Assembly (NCBI GenBank): GCA_964016885.1 | Contig: OZ024762.1 | Span: forward strand, 20,894,001 to 20,958,000 | Direction: 5' to 3' | Origin: Eledone cirrhosa | Taxonomy: Eukaryota | Length of the DNA: 64,000 nt | In this document: piece by piece, positions 34,147 through 47,300 of the stretch | Layout: every line of letters begins with the position of its first letter | Numbering within the stretch: position 1 is the first letter of the stretch | Program-made: the position numbers and the translations under genes | The notes under the pieces: generated by a model | The model's database searches: none | Seen by the model: only the letters and a program-made list of their open reading frames with translations | Told to the model about the DNA's origin: nothing

Positions 34147-34425
34147 GTAAGTGATTCACCTATACATACATATATATCTATCTATCTATCTCTATATAGT
34201 CTGGAACTAGCTGTTGAAATGGCATGAGCTCAGTCGTCGCACCCTGACCCTTTTTAATATAATAACCATACTTGACTACCCCAAGTGCTGTGGACTCTAA
34301 CCAAATTCACACTGAAGCCATCTTTATATATATATATATATACGTTATTCCGGGTTGAATCGGAGGTAACCACAGTAAGTAAGGTACTCAATACATAGCA
34401 GAGTATAATAGTTTTAATATAGATG

Positions 34426-34476
34426 AGATTCTACAGGACTAGAACTGTTTCATTCATTAGAAATCATCAGGAATCT
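34426..34476 (-). ncRNA. Type I hammerhead ribozyme, inverted copy
   Basis: Exact reverse complement of 39498-39548. Confidence 0.8.
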
Positions 34477-35244
34477 GGGTATCAAAAAATAAATATGGTA
34501 TTTATAGGTCTCTACAAGTGGTAGGAGAGGGTGGGGAGTGGGATGGGTGCAGGTCATTGGTTGATAGAGAAGGGAATTCATTAAAGGCTAATTCTACATA
34601 GCTATAGTTAATTTATATTTATTTATGTTTTTAGAGTAACAAAGGCAGACAGAAATCTATAAACAAGTTCCGGATGGCATACCATTCCTTGTCAATAAGT
34701 TTCTCTTAAGCTAGCAGATGTCTATAAAATCAGTGGGGGGTCATTCATGCTCGATAGAATTAAAGAAAAGGGAGATTCTTTAAAAGCTAAAGTCATTAAG
34801 TTCTGCTAAGTGACAAAGGTCTAGGGAATTCTGCAGACAGATTCAAAATACTGAGTGCATATCTTACTATTATCTTCGAACTTCTCTTAAACTAATCAAC
34901 AATATGCCAAATCAACAGAGACATTCACAAAAAAACAAAGAAACCCCAAAAAGACCAAAAAAACAGAAAAACAAAAAAAGCCACACCTAAAAAAAACCAC
35001 CAAAAAAACACACATACTCACTCACACACTTACGCGCAACCATAAACACACACATAAACACAAATACACACATAAAAACACACACACATATATAAAAAAA
35101 GTATATAAATATATACAAATATATATTCATGTACACGCACATGCATACACACATACATACATACATACATATATAAAATACATATACACATATACATACG
35201 CACACATATATAATACATATACATATATATATATATATATATAT

Positions 35245-35291
<47 letters not shown>

Positions 35292-35450
35292 TACACACAC
35301 ACACACATACATACATACACATATATATATATATACACACATACACACACACACACATACATACATATATATATACATATATATATACACACATACATAT
35401 ATATACACAAATATATATATATATATATATATACACATACATATACATAC

Positions 35451-35485
<35 letters not shown>

Positions 35486-35620
35486 CACACACACACGGAT
35501 ACACACGCACATACACATACATACACACATACACACATATATATACACAAGTAAATACACTCACACGCATACATACAAACACGAGTATACATATGTATAA
35601 ATATCTATACACACACACAT

Positions 35621-35675
<55 letters not shown>

Positions 35676-35790
35676 CATATACACACATACATACACACAC
35701 ACATACACATATATACACATACATACACATATATATATATATATATACATATATATACATACATATATATATATATATATACATACACAC

Positions 35791-35835
<45 letters not shown>

Positions 35836-35898
35836 TACATACACACACATATACATACATACATATATATATATATCTCTCTAAACACACATATACAA

Positions 35899-35989
<91 letters not shown>

Positions 35990-36133
35990 TATATACACAC
36001 ACATATATATATCCATACATACACAAACATACACATGCATACACAGACCTATACATAAATATACACATATATATACAGAGATATAACGCACAAATACACA
36101 CACATATATACATACACATATATATATATATAT

Positions 36134-36430
36134 GCCCATACCCACTCCTTCAGAAGACCGGATAAATCAAACCAAACAACACTCGCCTCCTACGTTTGGG
36201 ACCTCAAAAGGAACTCCACCCCCTTCACGCTTAATTGGAAAATACTCCAGAAAGCGCGCTCTTACGACGGAGGACACAAGGGCTGCGACCTTTGTATTTC
36301 AGAGAGTTACGAAATTTTATTCGCCAAGGGCCCGCTACTGAACAAACTCTCTGAACACTGCCCGAACTGCATGCACAAGAACTTTGCAACATTCAAACAC
36401 TTTAAGCCAGTGTTAAAGCCCGATGGCTAA
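36134..36430 (+). pseudogene. Penelope-like (Neptune-type) GIY-YIG endonuclease C-terminal fragment
   Basis: Open frame not in the ORF track: [84 protein letters not shown]. Motifs H..SF, T.L..Y.W.LK, W.IL, CxLC..E, LNK.SE, C.H. Confidence 0.85.
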
Positions 36431-36679
36431 AAACGACCTCCCCCTATTGGCCCCTATACCTCCTCCCCACCCTACCCCCACCCCTCCTCAACCTGAAATA
36501 CGGCCACTATGGTCATGTGAGTACCTCTTTTGTATCTACTTTTTCTGCCTGTAGAGGTGTCTTTATGTGCCTGTGTATATGCGTATATTTATTGAGTACC
36601 TATTTACTTGTATGTGTATATATTTGTTTGTATATGTGTATATGTGTATGTGTTGTGTGTGTATTATATGTATGTGTAT

Positions 36680-36719
<40 letters not shown>

Positions 36720-36729
36720 GTGTATGTAT

Positions 36730-36775
<46 letters not shown>

Positions 36776-36922
36776 TGTGTATGTATATATGTGTATATAT
36801 ATATATATATGTTTGTGTGAATACGTGTTTTATGTGTGTATATTTATGCAGGTATATGTTTGTATGTGTCTGTATTTATGTATGTATGTATGTATGTATG
36901 TGTGTGTATGTATGTATATGTA

Positions 36923-36975
<53 letters not shown>

Positions 36976-37202
36976 GTATATGTATGTATATGTATGTGTA
37001 TGTATATGTGTGTGTGTATGTATGTGTATGTATATGTATGTTTGTATATGTGTGTGTGTATATATTTGTCTGTATATATGTGTATATATGTATGTGTATG
37101 TGTATGTATGTGTATATATATATATATGTATATGTATATATATGTATGGATATATATATATATATATATATATATGCATATATATATGTGTGTGTATGTG
37201 TA

Positions 37203-37245
<43 letters not shown>

Positions 37246-37276
37246 GTGTGCGTGTGCGTATGTGTGTATATGTGTG

Positions 37277-37335
<59 letters not shown>

Positions 37336-37587
37336 ATATGTATGTGTTTGTGTGTATGTATATGTATATATATGTGTGTATATGTGTGTGTATTTGTGAG
37401 TGTATATGTACATATATGTGTGTGTGTGTATGTACGTATGTGTATGTATATGTATGTGTATATGTATATGCATGCGTGTGTATATGTATATATATGTATA
37501 TATATGTATATATATATATATATGTATGTATGTGTATGTGTATGTGTGTGTATGTATGTATTTGTATGTGTCTGTATATATATACAT

Positions 37588-37635
<48 letters not shown>

Positions 37636-37637
37636 AT

Positions 37638-37669
<32 letters not shown>

Positions 37670-37740
37670 GTGCATGAGAGAGAGAATGTGTGTGTGTATA
37701 TATATTTTGTGTGTGGGTGTGTGTATATGTGTATGCACGC

Positions 37741-37786
<46 letters not shown>

Positions 37787-37802
37787 ATGTGTGTGTGTAT
37801 GC

Positions 37803-37856
<54 letters not shown>

Positions 37857-37980
37857 ATGTATATATGTGTGTGTATTTGTGCGTTATATCTCTGTATATA
37901 TATGTGTATATTTATGTATAGGTCTGTGTATGCATGTGTATGTTTGTGTATGTATGGATATATATATGTGTGTGTATATA

Positions 37981-38081
<101 letters not shown>

Positions 38082-38144
38082 TTGTATGTGTGTGTTTAGA
38101 GAGATATATATATATATGTATGTATGTATATGTGTGTGTATGTA

Positions 38145-38189
<45 letters not shown>

Positions 38190-38302
38190 GTGTGTATGTA
38201 TATATATATATATATATGTATGTATATATATGTATATATATATATATATGTGTATGTATGTGTATATATGTGTATGTGTGTGTGTATGTATGTGTGTATA
38301 TG

Positions 38303-38349
<47 letters not shown>

Positions 38350-38484
38350 ATGTGTGTGTGTATAGATATTTATACATATGTATACTCGTGTTTGTATGTA
38401 TGCGTGTGAGTGTATTTACTTGTGTATATATATGTGTGTATGTGTGTATGTATGTGTATGTGCGTGTGTATCCGTGTGTGTGTG

Positions 38485-38519
<35 letters not shown>

Positions 38520-38678
38520 GTATGTATATGTATGTGTATATATATATATATATATATATTTGTGTATATATATGTATGTGTGTATATATATATGTATATA
38601 TATATGTATGTATGTGTGTGTGTGTGTATGTGTGTATATATATATATATGTGTATGTATGTATGTGTGTGTGTGTGTA

Positions 38679-38757
<79 letters not shown>

Positions 38758-39497
38758 GTATTATATATGTGTGCGTATGTATATGTGTATATGTATTTTA
38801 TATATGTATGTATGTATGTATGTGTGTATGCATGTGCGTGTACATGAATATATATTTGTATATATTTATATACTTTTTTTATATATGTGTGTGTGTTTTT
38901 ATGTGTGTATTTGTGTTTATGTGTGTGTTTATGGTTGTGCGTAAGTGTGTGAGTGAGTATGTGTGTTTTTTTGGTGGTTTTTTTTAGGTGTGGCTTTTTT
39001 TGTTTTTCTGTTTTTTTGGTCTTTTTGGGGTTTCTTTGTTTTTTTGTGAATGTGTCTGTTGATTTGGCATATTGTTGATTAGTTTAAGAGAAGTTCGAAG
39101 ATAATAGTAAGATATGCACTCAGTATTTTGAATCTGTCTGCAGAATTCCCTAGACCTTTGTCACTTAGCAGAACTTAATGACTTTAGCTTTTAAAGAATC
39201 TCCCTTTTCTTTAATTCTATCGAGCATGAATGACCCCCCACTGATTTTATAGACATCTGCTAGCTTAAGAGAAACTTATTGACAAGGAATGGTATGCCAT
39301 CCGGAACTTGTTTATAGATTTCTGTCTGCCTTTGTTACTCTAAAAACATAAATAAATATAAATTAACTATAGCTATGTAGAATTAGCCTTTAATGAATTC
39401 CCTTCTCTATCAACCAATGACCTGCACCCATCCCACTCCCCACCCTCTCCTACCACTTGTAGAGACCTATAAATACCATATTTATTTTTTGATACCC

Positions 39498-39548
39498 AGA
39501 TTCCTGATGATTTCTAATGAATGAAACAGTTCTAGTCCTGTAGAATCT
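39498..39548 (+). ncRNA. Type I hammerhead ribozyme, sense to the tomosyn pre-mRNA
   Basis: AGATTC-CTGATGA-tTTC taat GAAt-GAAA-CAG ttctagtc CTG-TA-GAATCT. 6-bp stem I, stem II, 4-bp stem III, GUA cleavage after 39542. Confidence 0.8.
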
Positions 39549-39977
39549 CATCTATATTAAAACTATATATATATATATATATATATATATCATCATCATC
39601 ATCATCATCATCGTTTAACGCCCATCTTCCACGCTTGCATGGGTTTAGACGGGAGTTTTCCCACTTGAGGCAAGATTAGTTGTCCTGCTCGTATAGGACT
39701 GTCTGGCGGGTTTTCTACGGCTGGATGCCCTTCCTAACACCAACCACGTTTACAGTGTGGACTGGGAGGTTTTTACCGTGTTACCTACACATCATATATA
39801 TATATATATATATATAGGGAGTGTAACTTGGAGTTACTGTAGGTTCACCCGGGTGAACACTCGATGTTTAGGTTCACTTCGAGTGTATTATAGTAAAAAG
39901 ATAACAAGGATGATTGGTTACTCCTTCATTACATTTATTGGTTGGTGACACGTGGTTCGCCACTGCTCAAGGTTTGA

Positions 39978-40021
<44 letters not shown>

Positions 40022-41188
40022 AATATGATAATAATGGAGCTGCGGCGCTGCAAATGGGTTACATATGAAAAAGTTTGTCCTCATCAGTGGCCTTCCAACC
40101 GTCGTAGGCATTTCGTCGCATTAAAGGCCATATACCTCAGGTTGGTGCGAGCAACGGCTAAAAAAAGTCGTTGGGACACGTAAATAAAGGGGACGCTAGG
40201 GTAAACAGACAAAATGGTTTAAGCAGCAGAAAGTGATGAAGAAGGAAACAAGTCCCAGATTTCTATGAATATAAATTCGGTGGAATCGTGAACGAGAGAA
40301 TAAAGACCATCACAAACCTGGTTGAAATGTGAGCAAGGAAGGAATTTCGCACAGGTCTAACGGGAGGAAGAAGGGGTCTGGTCTGCGAATTCGGTAAACA
40401 TAAGTTCTGTGAAGTGGCAGACGAGAGAGAGAGAGAGAAAAAAAAATTCACACACACACACACACACAGAGACTTCTATGTGACAGATGCACAGGGGAAG
40501 TAAGCAATGGGAGCACATGTGGAATAGATTCCTTCACTTTCGTGGGAAGCTCCCTTGAGGTTGCTGTTGATGGATTTTTTTTGCCTGGATGACATAGACC
40601 ATAATCAGAGGGTTTGGGAATTCTCTGAAATTGTAGCAGTCACAGTGAGAATGGGCTGGAGGAATTTTAAAGGGCTAGTGCCTGTCTCTGTAAGAGTGAG
40701 GAATGGGCTGTGTGATTCATGTATGTGAGTGTTGATGCTGCAAGGTAGTGAGGCACAGGCCTCGATTGCAGAAAAGAACACCTGGGAAAGCACTCTGTGG
40801 GGGCTGGAGGGAGATGGAGCACTGTATATCACCTGTAGCTATTCTATTCTAACCAATTTCATTTCCAAGCTGGTATCAGAAACCATGTTCCAAACACCAT
40901 GTCTCTGCCACCTCCCTCTCCTCTCCCCATTCCCCCATAATAATTAGTACTAATGGCTCATTAGATATGTAAGCAATTAATTTGACTGATCAAACTTGAT
41001 AAATACTGACTGGTATTCTGATTACATTTGTTTTTACGTTTAGGGTTGGGTTCAAATTGAAAATCAGACAAATTATTTGTCTGAGGTAATCAATAGCAAA
41101 TAATCAACTTTAATCTAAATGTTTGTTATATGTTTATTAATCACAGAAAGTACCATCTGTTAAATCTGCAGAATAATCAAAGGTGTGG

Positions 41189-41262
<74 letters not shown>

Positions 41263-41265
<3 letters not shown>

Positions 41266-41706
41266 TCTCTTTCTCTTAATTTCGAGTATATTTTTTTGAC
41301 CGGCCACCTTCCTGGTGGCAAGGTTGTAAAAGAAAAGAAATTGTCATCCCTTGAATCGCAAGAATGTTTTGCATATTTTGAAGGTGCCAGCTATCGCAGC
41401 CATTTGTAGACTATGAATTAGGGAGCTGCGCTTTTTGTCCGCAAATCCAAGTTCGGTCATACTTTGGTCCAAGCGGGTTGGTATATAACCCGTAGCACCA
41501 ATAATGATGGGTATGAAGCTAAAGGTGTATCTTGGATACTGGATTTGTAAGCTCCTCATCAATGGTCCGTAGATGTCCTCCTTCTCCTGTATTTTTCTGA
41601 CAACGTTTACATCAAGTGGGCAGCTGATCTCCACAACAGAACACGTTTTCAATGTGTGGTCCCAAACTACAATATCAGGCCGGTTGTGCTTTAATTTGGT
41701 GGCAGT
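41263..41706 (-). mobile_element. 3' end of an R4/Dong-like non-LTR retrotransposon (restriction-like endonuclease domain)
   Basis: KHNRPDIVVWD..VVEISCPLD.NV..K..EKEDIY..IPIIIGATG matches the PD-(D/E)xK RLE of the R4 clade. Uninterrupted ORF, short 3' UTR, abuts (CA)n on its own strand. Confidence 0.85.
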
Positions 41707-42079
41707 TTGTATGTATGTATGTATGTATGTATGTATGTATGTATGTATGTGTGTATATACATTATATATTTATTACATGTGTGTTGGTATGCCCCCCCCC
41801 CCTCACTCCCCTCTCTCTCTCTTTCTCTCTCTGTATGTATGTAAAAGGTAAATAACAACACAATCGGTTCAGTATATGGAAGGAATATATTAGGTTAACA
41901 CTTGAAATAGCAGGAAGAGGGTCTTAACGTTTTTCGATGCTTATCCTTCATCAGAAGAAAGAATGAGAAATTAAAAAGATTGAAGGGACGGGCAGGGTGG
42001 AATTGGAAAAAATGTTTTTAGAGAAAAATAACAGGTCCATTCATGTTGCCATATCAATATATCATGTGTATATGAAAAT

Positions 42080-42330
42080 AAAGTTGCAAATGTTTAGGTC
42101 ATTTGCATCACAGAATTCTAGGAGCCTTCATTTCTCCTCATTCCTCAAGCCCTATCCATAGCTACTGTGCATTCCAATGTAGCCATCCTGGTGCTGTGCA
42201 ACATCTCCATTAAAGTCACTGACCAGGATGAAGTCACTGTTGCTTGTTATTGAAGTTGTCTGTAAGAGACCTCCTCCTATGCCTCATTGAAACAGTCTTT
42301 TTGTTCATTAATCAGCCCAGACACAGGTGT
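42080..42330 (-). mobile_element. Degenerate RTE APE-endonuclease fragment
   Basis: Reverse translation GMHSSYG*GLRNEEK*RLLEFCDANDLNICN. Confidence 0.7.
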
Positions 42331-42782
42331 GTAGGTGGATATAATTGTTTTTTTTTTTTTATCTATTACCTAAGCTTATTTTGAACTAATTAATTGTCCC
42401 TTATTCTAACTCCCACAATTACCCCTAGTCAGCTAGTATAATGCCTCCTCCATCGAAGCCCATCGTCATTACCTACCCAGAACAACATGTATCTATACTG
42501 TTTACCTTGTGAGGAATCTGGCTGAGAACTCCCACCTCCATCATCTTACCTCTTAACCCTTTAGTTACCAACCAGGCCAAAACCGGCCCTGGTTCTATGA
42601 AATAAAACTATACACTTTAAAAGTTTTCAATTTAAATGAACATTTTTCAACATAATTTTATATAAGAACCTTACATTAAGTTACTTAGAGGTGAAATAAT
42701 TAATAATTTTAGTAAATCCCTCAAAATTTTTCATTAATTAATTAAAATAGTTTATTTCATTAGAAATGCAGTCATGAAAGGA

Positions 42783-42995
42783 TTAACCCTTTAGCATTTA
42801 AACTGGCTATATCCGGCCAGAATTTTCTCACCTCTTTCTGTTCAAACCAGTTGTAACTGGCTGTTGATACTGACATTAACGTATTGTTCTCAAAATAAAT
42901 TTCAAAATCTCATAGATTCGATATTATGTGAGATAAAGCCTTTTCTATGAAACCACAATAGTAAATATAGAATAATGTGAATGCTAAAGGATTAA
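42783..42995. mobile_element. TTAA-flanked MITE
   Basis: ttaaccctttagcattta...aatgctaaaggattaa; adjoins another TTAACCCTTT element at ~42553-42786. Confidence 0.85.
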
Positions 42996-43319
42996 ACACA
43001 ACACACATTTACATGTCTGTCAAACATCTCTACAATTTCACCCAACCTACCTTTCAGTGTACTAACATTGAGAGTGGCAACTCTGAAATGAGTTCCATAA
43101 CAGTCAGGGACTCTCTAACTTGATACTCTTCCTAACGTATTCCACTTTACAAAGTTTGCTGAGTGCATTTTACCATGGCACTAACACTAGAGAAGATGTC
43201 AAGTCTGAAAGGATCTCTCTGACTTTATTTTTCTCAGTCTGTTCACCCCTGAGAAAAATAGAGGAAAACAGAGCTGATATACCTATTGAATATTAATTTT
43301 GTTTTTATCATAGAGAACA

Positions 43320-43610
43320 TCCAGACCAAATAAATGAGATAATGAGATCGAGATCGTGTAGATGTCACGACAAAAAAAAAACACAGTCTACGCTGTAATG
43401 TGGCCGTGTAGGTAACACGGTAAAAAGTTCCCAGTTTCACACTGTAAATGTGGTTGGTGTTAGGAAGGGCATCCAGCCGTAGAAAACCTGCCAGATAGTC
43501 CTAGATGAGCGAGATACGGTCACCCGACCAACCTTGCCTCAAGTGGGACAACTCCCATCTAACCCATGCTAGCATGGAAGATGGACGTTAAACGATGATG
43601 ATGATGATGA
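43320..43610 (+). mobile_element. RTE 3' UTR / tail fragment
   Basis: Same sequence as 6830-7112; (GAT)n tail. Confidence 0.8.
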
Positions 43611-43720
43611 ATTGTTTTGTCTATGTTGAGTTATGTTTTATCAAGTGATAAGACATCTCTTTTTTCACATTGCTTTATTTTATCATAGATTATTTAAAAG
43701 AAATTTCTGTGAATAAATAA

Positions 43721-43975
43721 TCTATATTATAATAAGTGTTGTTTGTCTGTCTGTCTGTCCCACCATTCATCACACTCTCTTTAAATAGAGTAGAGGAGCA
43801 CCACACAAGAGATATGTACTTAGAGAAACGGGAATGCCGTGTGTTTTCAAGGTGACAGAAAAAGGTAGATAGACATAAAGTTACGGCGTCGCCCTCATCT
43901 ATATAGAGAGAGGGGAGTGCCAAGCAAGAGATATGTACATAGAGAAAAGGAACATTATCTGTTTAGAGAGATTTG
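43721..43975 (+). mobile_element. Probable non-autonomous Helitron 5' end
   Basis: a|TCTATATTATAATAAG followed by a (GTCT)n microsatellite, typical of Helitron 5' termini. 3' end not located. Confidence 0.5.
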
Positions 43976-43980
43976 TTTAG

Positions 43981-44172
43981 GGCGGTGAGTTGGCAGTATT
44001 GGTAGAGGGTCGGACGCCATGCTTTGCAGCAAAGAGTTACAGCCCTTTCCATTCTGAGTTCAAATCCCGCCAAGGTTAACTTTGCCTTTCATCCTTATGG
44101 GGTCGATAAAATAAAGTACCAGTAATACACTGGGATAATTAGTGGCCTTGTGCCAAAAGTAGAAACAATTAT
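43981..44172 (+). mobile_element. Meta-type tRNA SINE
   Basis: ggcggtgagtTGGCAGTATTGG..GAGTTCAAATCCC..ctttcatccttatggggtcgataaaataaagtacc. Confidence 0.85.
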
Positions 44173-44362
44173 TTGTTTAGAGAGAGAGATAGTGTGTGTG
44201 ACAGAAAGAGGGAGAAGACATTTCCCTCATCTAATAGTAATAAGTTTGTGTTATGTTGCTATGATACTGTGAGTTGAATATATATAACTTAATTGGGACA
44301 TAAGATATAAAATATGAGTTGTATTCATTTTCCTTATTCTTGTAGCTTTATTTTATCATAGA

Positions 44363-47300
44363 CTAGCTGAGGTACCTGGCATTACCCAGGTAAACATAAG
44401 AGAAGACCAGTAGAAGAGAAAACGACTGTATTGGATGCATTGTCTGGTTTACAGTATGAGACGAGACAGTTGTCTCTGTGTGTGTGTGACATAAAACAAA
44501 AGTAAAAAAATGTCCAGATATGCCAGATTTTTCATTTGACTGTTTGTGCATAGTATATAAAGATTTCTAGGTGTTCCAACTTGTGAACAACCTACATATA
44601 ATTATCCATGGGTAAAAACTGATTCTCTCAGATTCAATCCTACAACTTTGCGACTCTGACTCTGAAATTTATTTATGGTCACAGCAAAACTGACTCGAAC
44701 AGGGAACTGAAGTCTTGAGAATTTGAATGGGAGTTATGTAGAGCAAGGGATTAGAGGAATCTTGGGAATAAATGAATTTTCCCCTTGATGATTGCCTCCA
44801 ATCTTTAGCATCAATTTGTATGGAGGAAGTCCAGGAAGTTCCAGACTATTAAGAAACTCTGCAGAATAATCACCTTCTTCAACTTTGTCATTGGAGACAT
44901 ATGTATGAGTATCCCATGAGAGTATATCCAGTAGACATTGGTTGATCTAATTTACCATATTATTTTTTGGTGCTAAAATTGCTTGCCCAAACAGCTATGA
45001 TTGATTGATATAATTTGTGGCAACATTTGGAAATACTTGATGAATTAGTTAATTTGGCAAATTACAAACATTTCCAAATGGCAAGCTGACTTCTCCATTT
45101 TCACCTTGTTGCAGATTTCCTTTGCTCAGTGTAATTAGCTGTTTTGCAAAAGTATCAATTTCTGCTCCATTGTACAACTGCATTCTCATGTTTGTCCTCA
45201 GGGGTAATCGCCGGACTTGTTGCCATACAGTTGAGACTTTGAGGCAAGCATTTACAATATTAGCTCTTGCGTTTTTAGGAACGATGGAAATCTGTCTGAG
45301 GTCACCAGTGAGCATCATTGTTACTCCTGCCATAATTTCATTACATCCTCTAATGTCTCTTAAAGAATGGTCCAGAGCCTCAAATAACCTATGTACCATT
45401 GTTGCCTCATCCCTTTTGGTCATGGAACATTTCTCTAAAAGCTTTGCTTTTGGCGTGTTCTTTTTGATAATGCATGGAGACCATTCTCTTATGATACTCA
45501 ATGGCAACTTGAACGTTGTGGTGTTTTGCCTTCATCAAATAAGGTAGCACCAAAAGCAATTTGCTTTCACTGCGTTACTTTTGCCAAAATGAGATTTATT
45601 ATGAAGGTTTTACCAGTTCCTCTGGGAGCATCCAAGAAGTAAAGGCCTCCTTCATTCTGATCGATACTGTTCAATATTTTTTCATAAACAATTCTTTGAT
45701 CTTCAATCAGCTTTTTTTCATTTCCATTGACATATTGTGTAAGCTTATTGATGTCATAGTTCGTCTCCCTTAATATATCCTGTGAAATATGGTATGCAGC
45801 TGTGTCCTCAGGTTCTGGTAAACCACAATCCTTAAGAGACCAGCCAATTTCACTCAGGTGGTTGTTAATTTCTGTCAGTGCTTCATTATAGATTGCTGGA
45901 GAAAAATCTACATTAATGCCAGTGTTTTGAAGTTTGATCCTGCGCAATATATCACCTGGCAAGTCTTTCTCATAGTTTTCCCAGAGACTCAAGGGATCTG
46001 AAATATTACATGTAGTGAGCATTACAGCGAAGAGCTATCAAAGCTTTTTAGTCATTTGTGTGGCAGCTGCCTCCTTCAATGTCTTTTTCCAATATAACGT
46101 CTTCAAATAGGCCAAATAATTTATATACTTCAGTATACAATTCATGGGGAGTTCCATGTACAGTTTTGATATTTTCAAATGTTGTTGGCCCTCTAACAGT
46201 GTGAAAGAGTAACCTCAAATAGAAACATTCACTATGTCTAGGATGGAGCATGTAACCTTCCTATTGTGACAGTTGTTTTGATGACTGATAGTCATTCACA
46301 TGATTGCCTATCTTTTATTTGCTCCATTTCTTTTTATTCCATGTATAGAATGTGGGAATCTCACAATAAATCAAGGTTTTTGCAAAAGCATCTTCTCTAC
46401 AAAGCTTTAAAAAAGCAGTGAGAGTTGTATCCAGAGGAGACTCAGCAATTAATTGTGCATTTCATTCAGTGTAATATACCCTCTGACTATTTTCCAATTG
46501 GACTGCAAGGTGTGTCTATTGTGTATGTCAAATCCAAAGATTCTCCATTTGGCTTCATTGCTAGAAATATATCTCCCTGTGAGTTATGTTTTAACTTCAT
46601 TCAGTTGGTTATTGCCACCAATAGTAAAAGTAACCATATCACTGCCTTTGTTGATATATTTACAAACATACTTAATCGATTTGACTGATGCACTGTACTT
46701 ACAATTGATGTGAGCATCAAGGATTTTGCAGAGGAGTGGATTGTAGGGAATGTTCCAATTGTTACCAACCTGAACGTCTTCACCTCATATCTTGATAATC
46801 AGTTTTTCCACCAAATTCAAGGCTTCTCCATCTGAATTGAGGATATTCTTCGTTGCCAGTTATGGTTTCTTGTTGAAAAGGTCTTGAATATCTTTTCTTT
46901 ACATTTGTTACCTTTCATGCACACACTGCCACATGGACCATCAATCATTTGTTTTGAGATAATGGCAAATAGTTCTGGGTTATCTTCAGGATTGGGCAAT
47001 TCGGCATTTATGATTTTATCAATTTCATCTGAGTGAATGTGGTTTGTATACCAAATTAGCATGTGGTAATGAGGAAGACCTCTTTTCTGCCATTCAATAG
47101 TGTAAAGCCAACATCTTAGTTCACCAAAGGTTTATCCATCTTTTAGCAGCCACATCAAGATCTTCTGTTTCTCATTCAAATCCCTGGCAATGATGTCATG
47201 CCTATCTTTTGCATATTGGTGTCCAAACAATTCATTTTGAATTTCAGGCCACATAGGATTGCATGTAGATGTAATGAAAAGATCTGGACAACCAAATTTT

